Below, in pieces: positions 27,610-35,666 of a stretch of DNA of 61,242 nt (positions within the stretch are counted from its first letter, which is position 1; each line of letters opens with the position of its first letter). The translations under genes and the position numbers were made by a program. Below the pieces are notes generated by a model. That model did not search any database. It was not told where the DNA came from and worked only from the letters and a program-made list of their open reading frames with translations. Source of the stretch: Patescibacteria group bacterium (GTDB taxonomy: Bacteria > Patescibacteriota > Minisyncoccia > UBA6257 > GWB1-50-10); NCBI GenBank assembly GCA_030017555.1, contig JASEIC010000002.1, positions 1 through 61,242 on the forward strand. Direction: 5' to 3'.

Positions 27610-29217
27610 TTACTTCTCATCGCCTTTTATTTCAAGTTTATCCGGCGGGATATTAAAATAATTCAACACGAATTGAGCTAAATCTCTAAAAACCGGCACA
27701 ACAGTCATACCTGCCAATTCTACTTTAGGTTTATTAAGTTTTATTAAAATTACGAATTTAGGATCGCTTACTGGCGCAAATCCAACATAACTGTGAATAA
27801 GTTCTTCGCTATAACCGCCTTTTGCAAAATCAGGAATAAAAGCCGTACCGGTTTTGCCTGCCACCCGATAACCGGGAATTACAGCCACACGGGCTTTTTC
27901 TACTGCTGATTCCATCATTTTCACTACTTGCTTTGCTGTTTCTTCATTTATGACGCGCCTCACGACAAAAGATTTTGCATCCGCACTTACAAAAGGCCGC
28001 ATTAAAAGCCCGCCATTAGCTAAACTCGAAAAAGTATTTATAAGCTGAATTGGCGTAACCGCCGTACCCTGGCCAAAAGAAGCTGTGGCATAATCAATTG
28101 CCCGGGCATTTTTATTTTCCAGATTTTTCAAATCACCAACCACTTCGCCAGGCAAATCAATGCCGGTTTTTTCGCCAAAGCCAAATTTCTTCAAATATTC
28201 CAAAAATTTAACATTGCCAATTTTCTGCTCAGCAAAAACAGCGCCGGTATTTATTGACTGCTCAATAACATTAGTCATTGTTACTTTCCCGTGAGCTTTT
28301 TTGTCCCAATTGTTAATTGTTTTACCGTTTAAAGTAACTGAACCGGTATCAACAAAAGTTGTTTCTGGCGTAAAAGCTTGAATATCAATGCCGGCCGCCA
28401 TAGTAAAAGGTTTAAAAACAGAACCGGGCTCATAAACATATTGTACGGCGGTATTCAAAAAAGATTCAATGGAAAAATTTTTATAATCATTCGGATCAAA
28501 ACTGGGTTTGTTGACTAAAGTCAGAATTTTCCCGGTCTTGGGATCTTCTACGATAATCGTTCCTCCGCTCGCGTCAAATTTTTTTATAAGATCGTCGATG
28601 ACCTGCTCTGCTTGCGCTTGAATATTACGGTCAATTGTTAATTTAACATCATCGCCTCGCATCAAGATATCGTCAAAATATTTTTCAGCGCCGTAAAGTC
28701 CAACTGGCTTATCGTGAATTTCGTTAATGCCGACAAAACCTAAAAGTTGGGCGCCTAAATTCTCAAAAGGATAAAAACGGTATTGTTTTTGATTATCAGA
28801 AATTCCCTTCAATTCCAACTTCTGAATTTCCTTAATTTGATCTCCGGTTGCCTTATCTTTAAGAAGCTTAAAACGACTTGTTGGATTACTTTTAATTTCT
28901 TCCGCTAATTTAACCCGCTCTAAATCTAGAACTGGCGCAACTTTTTCCGCAAATAAATCTGGATCTTTAATTTTTTCCGGCACGGCATAAATTACCGGAT
29001 AATCCCGATTAAAAGCGACAGAAATGTTTTTATTATAACGATCGGTAAAAAAAATCTGCCCGCGGCGCAGTTCTAATTCTTCTAATAATTCCTGCCTAGC
29101 CTGAACACGTTCAATATATTCAAAACTCTTCTCGACCTGCAATCGGTAAAGATTTACTCCCAATAACCCAAAAAGCAGGCTAAAAAATGCCGCTAACGAG
29201 AAGAATCTGAAAGCCAT
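27610..29217 (-). CDS. ftsI: division-type penicillin-binding protein (transpeptidase)
   Basis: It has SxxK (GSVFKPF), SxN (SIN) and KTGT motifs plus an N-terminal TM helix. It follows ftsL. Confidence 0.88.
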   Translation of the reverse strand: MAFRFFSLAAFFSLLFGLLGVNLYRLQVEKSFEYIERVQARQELLEELELRRGQIFFTDRYNKNISVAFNRDYPVIYAVPEKIKDPDLFAEKVAPVLDLERVKLAEEIKSNPTSRFKLLKDKATGDQIKEIQKLELKGISDNQKQYRFYPFENLGAQLLGFVGINEIHDKPVGLYGAEKYFDDILMRGDDVKLTIDRNIQAQAEQVIDDLIKKFDASGGTIIVEDPKTGKILTLVNKPSFDPNDYKNFSIESFLNTAVQYVYEPGSVFKPFTMAAGIDIQAFTPETTFVDTGSVTLNGKTINNWDKKAHGKVTMTNVIEQSINTGAVFAEQKIGNVKFLEYLKKFGFGEKTGIDLPGEVVGDLKNLENKNARAIDYATASFGQGTAVTPIQLINTFSSLANGGLLMRPFVSADAKSFVVRRVINEETAKQVVKMMESAVEKARVAVIPGYRVAGKTGTAFIPDFAKGGYSEELIHSYVGFAPVSDPKFVILIKLNKPKVELAGMTVVPVFRDLAQFVLNYFNIPPDKLEIKGDEK

Positions 29218-29504
29218 TGATTGCTTTTTATATATTCCGGTCGCCTTTCTAACACTAAACCGCGCTCCAAAGCAAGAATTTGAAGCCCTTCAGGTTTGAT
29301 TGATTGATAAAACTTATCTTTTAAATCCGCATTAAGCGCCTGAAGCTCGACAATTTGCTTTTTTAGTTCTTTTAACTGGAATCGGGCATTGACAAAAGAA
29401 TTATATGAAAAAATATAAACTAAACCAACAGCCAAAAATACGATAAAAAGTAAAGCCAGAAAATATTTTAAATTTTTACTCTTGTTAGGTTTGATTATTG
29501 TCAT
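29193..29504 (-). CDS. ftsL: FtsL/DivIC-like cell division protein
   Basis: 103 aa with a single TM helix and a coiled coil. It sits between rsmH and ftsI. Confidence 0.6.
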   Translation of the reverse strand: MTIIKPNKSKNLKYFLALLFIVFLAVGLVYIFSYNSFVNARFQLKELKKQIVELQALNADLKDKFYQSIKPEGLQILALERGLVLERRPEYIKSNQWLSDSSR

Positions 29505-29518
29505 GGATTTTCAAATTT

Positions 29519-30418
29519 TTAATTAAATTTTATTACTCTTAATTTTGCTGAACGGCTTCTTGGATTATTTTTTATTTCTTCACGCGTCGCGATAATGGGT
29601 TTTTTATTAATGACAGCGGCCAGTCCGGCAGAAACGAAATTTTTAAAATAGTTTTTTACTAATCGGTCTTCAAGAGAATGAAAAGAAATAATCGCTGCCC
29701 GGCCGTTGCTCTTTAAAACCCGATCGCTATTTTTCAAAATAATTTCCAAATTTTCCAGTTCGCGATTAACGACAATTCTTAATGCTTGAAAAATTTTTGT
29801 CGCCGGATGAATCCTCTGACCTCGAAACCGGGGCGCAACCGACAAAATCGTTTGAACCAAATCAGAAACTTTCCTGAATTTATTTTTCTTGCGCGTTTCA
29901 ACTATGACTCTCGCTATTTTCTTTGAATATCTTTCTTCGCCGTAATTTTGAAAAATACTTACAAGCTCTTCTTCACGGAAATCATTTAAAATATCCGCCG
30001 CTGTCATTCCTTCCTGTGGGTCATACCGCATATCAAGCAGTTCCTCGTAAGCTTGCGGGATAAAACTAAATCCTCGGCCGGATGATTTAAGCTCATCAGA
30101 CGACATTCCCAAATCCAAAAAAATTCCGTCGGCTCTCCCCAAAGCTTTCCGTTCCAAAATATTCGGCAAGTCAGAATAATTTCCGCAAACTAAATTTATG
30201 CCGCTTTTGCCGGCTGTTTCTTTTTCAAATCTTTGAATAGCCAAAACATCCAAATCAACGCCGAGAAATTTTCCGCCCGGCAAAATTCTTTTTATAATTT
30301 CCAACGCGTGCCCGCCGCCGCCAAGCGTGCCATCAATGAAAAATTCTCCCGGTTTTGAATCTAATAAATTTATTACTTCATTTAAAAGAACTGGCTTGTG
30401 GACTGAACTAGGAATCAT
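29519..30418 (-). CDS. rsmH: 16S rRNA (cytosine1402-N4)-methyltransferase
   Basis: HKPVLLNEV..DGTLGGGGHA..DLGMSS are family motifs. Confidence 0.92.
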   Translation of the reverse strand: MIPSSVHKPVLLNEVINLLDSKPGEFFIDGTLGGGGHALEIIKRILPGGKFLGVDLDVLAIQRFEKETAGKSGINLVCGNYSDLPNILERKALGRADGIFLDLGMSSDELKSSGRGFSFIPQAYEELLDMRYDPQEGMTAADILNDFREEELVSIFQNYGEERYSKKIARVIVETRKKNKFRKVSDLVQTILSVAPRFRGQRIHPATKIFQALRIVVNRELENLEIILKNSDRVLKSNGRAAIISFHSLEDRLVKNYFKNFVSAGLAAVINKKPIIATREEIKNNPRSRSAKLRVIKFN

Positions 30419-30439
30419 AAATTTGGAAAAACGAATATT

Positions 30440-30871
30440 CTAAATTCCCAATTCACCTAATTTTTCCGCTATTTCATCTGAAGCAGATTCGGTTTTTGCT
30501 TTATATTTTTGCCAAATTTCACTGTCCCAAATTTCAATTCTGTTATAAAGTCCGGCAACAACAACCTGCTTTTTTAATCCGGCATAACCTCTCAAATAAT
30601 CCGGTATTAAAATACGGCCCTGGCTATCAAGCAAAACATCCATTGCCCCGGCAAGCATTAACCGCACAAAAGCGCGAGAATTTGCTTGCGCCAAAGGTAA
30701 GGCAATTAATTTTTGAGCTAACACTTCCCATTCTTTCGCGCCGAAAATAAAAAGACAACGATCAAGACCTCTTGTAATAATGGCGCCGGTTTTTAATTTT
30801 TCTCGAAATTTAACCGGAATTGCCATCCGACCTTTAATATCTAAATTATGTTTGTATTCTCCTAAAAGCAT
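30440..30871 (-). CDS. mraZ: transcriptional regulator MraZ
   Basis: MLLGEYKHNLDIKGRMAIP plus a second DxxGR motif (DSQGRILIP). 143 aa. Confidence 0.92.
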   Translation of the reverse strand: MLLGEYKHNLDIKGRMAIPVKFREKLKTGAIITRGLDRCLFIFGAKEWEVLAQKLIALPLAQANSRAFVRLMLAGAMDVLLDSQGRILIPDYLRGYAGLKKQVVVAGLYNRIEIWDSEIWQKYKAKTESASDEIAEKLGELGI

Positions 30872-30884
30872 TTTTATTTTTTAT

Positions 30885-30924
30885 TTATCCCCAGAATCAA
30901 GGCTTATCCACATACTTATCCACA
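30885..30924. promoter_or_regulatory. three direct TTATCC(A/C)CA boxes immediately upstream of mraZ
   Basis: ttatcccca at 30885-30893, ttatccaca at 30904-30912, ttatccaca at 30916-30924. On the mraZ strand they read TG(T/G)GGATAA. Confidence 0.6.
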
Positions 30925-31296
30925 ATTCCCCACTTCCATACACAAGTATAACACAATCTCCTATATTTCAAAATTATCAAAACAAAAAAAGCCGACTCCA
31001 CGTTAGCTCAAAAATCTTTTATTTTTCTAGCTATTTCAATTTTTCAGTTTTTAGTTATCAACAAGTTATGAACCCCGTTAGAAATCGAAACAAACAAAAT
31101 ACATTATCTAAAAAGCGGTTTCTAACGGAGTGAACTGATAAATTTTGCTATTAAAAAATCAGTATTGGTATTTTCTTGAAAATGGTTTTAAGTCAGGTAT
31201 GGAAGTAATTTGTTCTTTCTATACTTATCTGAGGTTATGAGACAACGTTGAAACCTTTTTAAAATCTTCAGTTAGCTGACATGTCTCGGTTAGAGG

Positions 31297-31982
31297 TTAA
31301 AACCAACTTTCTCCTAAATATTTTAGCAATAATTCCTGTAATCGTTCTTTGGAAACGAGTTCGGTTTTATTATCTTTAGCTAAAATTATTGCTTCAGACG
31401 TAAAATGCGAAGTTGTGACAACTATTGTTTTATTACAATTATAATGATTCATTGCTCCAACTACTTGTTGGACGGCGGCATTCCCAGTGGACCAATCCCG
31501 GTAACATTTTGCCTGTATCAAAACTCTTTCACCTTCTTTGTTTGCAATCAAATCACCGCCTTGATCACCTGAATGTCCGACCAGTTCCACTTTATATCCC
31601 ATTGCCTCAAATAAACGATATAACAATTTTTCGAAATCAGTGCCAGATAAAATAGAAAATTTTTGCGGTTCTTTATGTATGCTCTCTCACGTAAGTTTTT
31701 CTTCCTTTTCCTGAATATAAAATCGGAGAAGGGTAAAAACATCCTTTTCGCCTGAAGTTGCTCCTCCTTCTTTTAGTATCTTTTTAAGGTCATTGATTCG
31801 ATCCCACTCAAACTTATGGTTCCGAAAAACATACCCCTCTCCTTTCCTACCCTCTAAACCAAAACGACTTATGAAATTTTTGAGATGATCTTCTTGTCCA
31901 GAACTCTTTAATTTATCTAATAAACTATTAAAGTACTTTCGCGCAGTTCATCGCCCCTATTATAATGTTTTCGTTTCGCCAT
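31297..31982 (-). pseudogene. Mrr-family restriction endonuclease, disrupted
   Basis: The Mrr_cat-like core is FEKLLYRLFEAMGYKV..GDQGGDLIA..LIQAKCY. The upstream reading frame continues but has an in-frame TGA at 31687-31689 and a frameshift near 31950 relative to the ATG at 31982. Confidence 0.65.
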
Positions 31983-32265
31983 AATGAAATTTTATCACAC
32001 GGACCCTAATCCGCTACAAAGAGCTAATCCACTCCATGACCACGTACACTACCGAGCGGGTATGAAGAAATACGCTCATATCTCTTTGAAGAATTATTTT
32101 GAGTCAGCACAGGCTGATAAGTTGAAACCCTATAGTCAATAATTATCGGACCAAGCAAGGCTCCGGAGCCACCCAATTCTACTCTGGCTTGCCCTCGCCT
32201 ACTATTTAGTCGATTCGCTCTTGCTCCACAAAATCAAGTTCCATCTGTTAAATAACTTAATTTTG

Positions 32266-32337
32266 TGGACGCGAGAGGTCTCGAACCTCTGACCTTTCCG
32301 ATGTGAACGGAATGCTCTACCCCTGAGCTACGCGTCC
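32266..32337 (-). tRNA. tRNA-Val (CAC)
   Basis: Perfect cloverleaf: GGACGCG-TA-GCTC..GAGC-A-TTCCG-TTCACAT-CGGAA-AGGTC-AGAGG-TTCGAGA-CCTCT-CGCGTCC-A. CCA is not encoded. Confidence 0.92.
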
Positions 32338-32397
32338 TTACAATATCAACATAAAACAAAAAAACGCCATATGCAAATATAATGATATAATTACATT

Positions 32398-32895
32398 ATG
32401 ACTGATGAATGGGGTGGAATTGACGAAAAAATAAAAGAAACAATCACTATACTTAATCTTTTAGGTATTACAACCACAGGCTCTTGTGAAGGGCATATTG
32501 ATTATAGTGCTCCAGCGCCGTGGATAAAAATAACAGCCCTTCATGAACCAAAAAAAATAAAACAAAATAAGGAAGCGTATTGGAAATGGCAAAACGAAAA
32601 TCAAAAATTTCGTCAAAAAACATTAAAACTCTTAAACGAATTTTATAAGGACAGAATCGTAGCTCCTGATATTCGTTTAGTGATTGAAAACGCAAAAGCA
32701 GGATTCTGGATTCATAATGGCGGCAAAGATTACAAACAGTGGCGAGAAATCGTTCAATATAACGCCTCAAAAAAAGAAAAAGACAGAAAAAATTATATGG
32801 ACGATAAAGAAAAAGTAAAACGCAAAAAAATACTCCATGATTATCAAAAAGAAATGCAAGCATTTACAAAATTTTTGAAAGAAAAAATAAAATAG
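32398..32895 (+). CDS. hypothetical Lys-rich protein
   Basis: 165-aa ORF. TATAAT lies about 12 nt upstream of the ATG, so the mRNA may be near-leaderless. I recognise no motif. Confidence 0.55.
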   Translation: MTDEWGGIDEKIKETITILNLLGITTTGSCEGHIDYSAPAPWIKITALHEPKKIKQNKEAYWKWQNENQKFRQKTLKLLNEFYKDRIVAPDIRLVIENAKAGFWIHNGGKDYKQWREIVQYNASKKEKDRKNYMDDKEKVKRKKILHDYQKEMQAFTKFLKEKIK

Positions 32896-33062
32896 GATTT
32901 ATAAAAATCTAAGCGCTATTTCTAAAAATCTATATTTCATAATATTTGACTATTATATAAATTTATAATAAGCTGATTAATAGCAAACAACGGAAATTAA
33001 AAATAATTCCGCTCTACCAAGAGAATTCTTGATAAAATTTAATATTTGAAAAGAGGAGTAAT

Positions 33063-33164
33063 ATGCTTTCGATCATCCTACGAGCAATCGCTCAATCTAT
33101 ATGCGACGATTGTCGCCGAGGAGATCATTGCGGTGGATGTAGTTGCTGCAAGATCCCCCGATAA
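33063..33164 (+). CDS. 33-aa six-cysteine peptide
   Basis: MLSIILRAIAQSICDDCRRGDHCGGCSCCKIPR. AAGAGGAG lies 5 nt upstream of the ATG, and an intrinsic terminator lies 36 nt downstream. It is not in the ORF track, which has a 60-aa cutoff. Confidence 0.5.
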   Translation: MLSIILRAIAQSICDDCRRGDHCGGCSCCKIPR

Positions 33165-33199
33165 TCAACTCGTCAAAATCTTTCAAAACAAACAAACCA

Positions 33200-33230
33200 A
33201 AAGACGCTTTTTATAAAGCGTCCTTTTTTA
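33200..33230. terminator. bidirectional rho-independent terminator
   Basis: aaaagacgcttt-ttat-aaagcgtctttttt with A and T runs on both sides. Confidence 0.75.
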
Positions 33231-33314
33231 TTTCTCTAAACAAGATTTTTCTAAATCTTTTTGAATAAGTGTGTTAAAAAGCGTTTAAAAATTTAGACAT
33301 TTTCTTTCCTCCTA

Positions 33315-33490
33315 CAAAAACAAAGATCTCCTTGAGTGAGTATTGTTTCGCAGTGTTATAAAATTTATGAGTGAAATAGAAAATTTACCGGGTGCCCGCT
33401 AATGAAATGTGCAGGGCGGTAAATTTTCGTTATTGAACGAATCGAATTTTAACACTGCGAAACGACGAACGAAAGGAGATTTTTGTTTTG
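33315..33490. ncRNA. 176-nt three-segment imperfect hairpin; candidate structured RNA, strand unresolved
   Basis: Paired segments are 33315-33333/33472-33490, 33346-33366/33444-33463 and 33381-33400/33411-33427. They are separated by internal loops of 11/8 and 14/16 nt, with an apical loop taatgaaatgt. Confidence 0.35.
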
Positions 33491-33491
33491 C

Positions 33492-33863
33492 TTATTGAAG
33501 TTCCACTACCGCCCCAACTGCTTCCAATTTCTTCTTAATCTCCTCGGCGTCTTCTTTTTTCAATCCTTCTTTTACAACTTTCGGCGCGCCCTCAACAATA
33601 TCTTTTGATTCTTTAAGCCCCAAACCAGTCACTTCTTTTATAATCTTAATAACATTAATTTTTTGCACGCCGCCTGATTTTAACAACACATTCCACACGA
33701 TTTTCTCTTCTCCTGCACCGGCCTCTGTCGATGCCCCGACTCCAGCCGAAACCATCTGCGAAGCTGAAACGCCAAATTTTTCTTCAAGAACTTTCACAAG
33801 TTCAGAAAGCTCAATCACGGAAAGTTTTTCAATTTTTTCAATAATATCTTTAAATTTTTCCAT
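33492..33863 (-). CDS. rplL: 50S ribosomal protein L7/L12
   Basis: It has the typical N-terminal dimerisation segment, an Ala/Gly hinge, and the C-terminal [19 protein letters not shown]. Confidence 0.95.
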   Translation of the reverse strand: MEKFKDIIEKIEKLSVIELSELVKVLEEKFGVSASQMVSAGVGASTEAGAGEEKIVWNVLLKSGGVQKINVIKIIKEVTGLGLKESKDIVEGAPKVVKEGLKKEDAEEIKKKLEAVGAVVELQ

Positions 33864-33906
33864 AGTTAATTAATTTATGATTTTCCCCAGCAGTAGAAAC
33901 TCGATT

Positions 33907-34401
33907 TCACTGCTGGGTTTTCAACTTTTCATTTAACACAAACAAAAACTTTCTAATTGGTACAGTAAGCATCCCGACAAGCTGGCCCAAAAGCACTTCA
34001 CGGGACGGCAACTGGCCAATCCTTTTAACATCCACTCCTTCGATAAATTTTTTCTTGTTCATATCAAATCCGCCAAGGATTTTCAAAAAATCCTTTTTTT
34101 GTTTGGCAAAATTATAAACACTACCTGCGGTTTCAATAATATCTTTTGGAGAAAATACCACCCCCATCTGTCCAATAAATTCTTTTGGATCAAATTTAAT
34201 ACCTTCCTTTTCAAAAATAATCTTTAGAAGACGTTTTTTAATTACTTGAAACACACCGCCTAAAGAACTGACAACTTTTCTTAACATATTCATTTCATTA
34301 GCAGTAAGTCCGGTAAAATCAGTAATGATTACTGTTTGATTTTTCTTTAATTCTTCCACGCCGCTTTTAACTTGATTAATCTTTTGTGTTTTTGTTTTCA
34401 T
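33907..34401 (-). CDS. rplJ: 50S ribosomal protein L10
   Basis: 164 aa, L10-like, directly upstream of rplL. Confidence 0.88.
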   Translation of the reverse strand: MKTKTQKINQVKSGVEELKKNQTVIITDFTGLTANEMNMLRKVVSSLGGVFQVIKKRLLKIIFEKEGIKFDPKEFIGQMGVVFSPKDIIETAGSVYNFAKQKKDFLKILGGFDMNKKKFIEGVDVKRIGQLPSREVLLGQLVGMLTVPIRKFLFVLNEKLKTQQ

Positions 34402-34554
34402 ACGGTTTAAATAAAAACTGCGACCTTTGCCGCAGACTTTTAAATTAGGACAAAACCCTTAATTTATTCCTCGGTAGGACTTCTATCTGCCGCATGGCGG
34501 ATTGCCCACTATCTACGGATAATATTAGTTTAATATCTTAAATTTTCTTGTCAA
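34402..34554 (-). promoter_or_regulatory. rplJ promoter, structured leader and pre-ATG terminator hairpin (L10-leader-like attenuator)
   Basis: Minus-strand TTGACA at 34554-34549, 16 nt, then TAAACT. A structured segment follows (ccgc-cat-gcgg and others). The hairpin ctgcg-gcaaaggt-cgcag plus tttttattt (34436-34409) ends 8 nt before the rplJ ATG. Confidence 0.35.
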
Positions 34555-34559
34555 TCCCC

Positions 34560-35651
34560 CTAAAGTTCCTTATCTAAATCTTCTAATATTTTTTTAGCTT
34601 TACTCGATATTGATTTTGGCACCTTAACATTAAAAGCAATATAAAAATCGCCACGCGAAGTATTACCAAAAATACCAAGTTTCGGCATACCATACCCCGT
34701 AATTTTTAGTTTTTCTCTTAGATTAAAACCAGAAGGAATAGAAATTTGAATTATTTCCTTATCTATTCCTTGAATTTCAATTTTTTTTCCTAAAAGAGCT
34801 TCGGTTATTCGAATATCTTTTGTTGCAAAAAGATCGCTTTTTTTCCTTTCAAAAATCGGATGAGTCTTAATTTTTATCACCGCATATAAATCGCCGCTTG
34901 AATCGCCTTCGCCAGCCTCACCCATACCAACTATTTTGATTATCTGGCCATCCTCAACGCCGGGCGCAATATTAATAATTACTTCCCGCATACCAGACAC
35001 TTTCCCCTTGCTACCGCAATTGTTGCACGGTTTATTTGGAACCTGACCATGACCACGGCACTGAGGACACGCTCTTACCTGAGAAAAATTGCCGAAAAAA
35101 GTTCTTCGCTGTTCACGAATTTCACCTCTTCCCTGACACATCGCACAACCTTTCAATCCATGACTTTTTTCATAACCCAAACCACCACAAGTCTTGCAGA
35201 TAATAAAAGTTTGCAAATTCAATTTATGTTTTAAACCCCGAAAAGCTTCTTCTAAAATAATTTGAACAACTACTTCAACGTCAGAACCGCGCGTATAAGT
35301 TGGACGGCGACGCCCGCCAAACTGTTCAAAAATACCTTCAAAAATATCGCTAAAATCCGGAAAGTCTTCGCCAAAATTCACGTTCCAATGCATTCCTTCT
35401 CCGCCAAAACCGCTCCAAGGACTACCTTGAGTCGCGCCACCGTCAAAAACCTGACCAAAACGATCATATTGAGATCGTTTTTCTTTATGCGACAAAATCT
35501 GATATGCCTCATTTATTTCTTTAAATCTTGATTCATTACCACCGGCTTTATCTGGATGAAACTGATGAGCAAGCTTTCGATAAGCTTTCTTAACATCTTC
35601 TTCCGAAGCATTGCGTGAAATACCTAAAATTTTGTAGTAATCTTTACTCAT
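34560..35651 (-). CDS. dnaJ: chaperone DnaJ
   Basis: It has a J domain (DYYKILG..HPDK), a G/F region and four CxxCxGxG zinc motifs. Confidence 0.95.
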   Translation of the reverse strand: MSKDYYKILGISRNASEEDVKKAYRKLAHQFHPDKAGGNESRFKEINEAYQILSHKEKRSQYDRFGQVFDGGATQGSPWSGFGGEGMHWNVNFGEDFPDFSDIFEGIFEQFGGRRRPTYTRGSDVEVVVQIILEEAFRGLKHKLNLQTFIICKTCGGLGYEKSHGLKGCAMCQGRGEIREQRRTFFGNFSQVRACPQCRGHGQVPNKPCNNCGSKGKVSGMREVIINIAPGVEDGQIIKIVGMGEAGEGDSSGDLYAVIKIKTHPIFERKKSDLFATKDIRITEALLGKKIEIQGIDKEIIQISIPSGFNLREKLKITGYGMPKLGIFGNTSRGDFYIAFNVKVPKSISSKAKKILEDLDKEL

Positions 35652-35666
35652 TACTCATTGTTTAAC

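Noticed and set aside
30880-31296. Chromosomal origin (oriC), suggested by perfect DnaA boxes in a 425-bp AT-rich spacer
   Set aside because: Genes on both sides run in the same (minus) direction, so there is no strand-bias switch. No dnaA or dnaN is nearby, and there are only 3-4 boxes, all directly abutting mraZ. I kept it as an operator hypothesis instead.
31687-31689. In-frame TGA as a sign of an alternative genetic code (UGA = Gly, as in some candidate phyla)
   Set aside because: Long housekeeping ORFs are intact under the standard code, and genes such as smc and murF terminate at TGA. The locus also carries a frameshift, so a pseudogene is the simpler reading.
33274-33300. 8-codon mini-ORF (MSKFLNAF) with perfect AGGAGG-N7-ATG on the minus strand
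   Set aside because: It is too short to call, and there is no downstream gene for it to regulate as a leader peptide. It is mentioned under the hairpin finding only.
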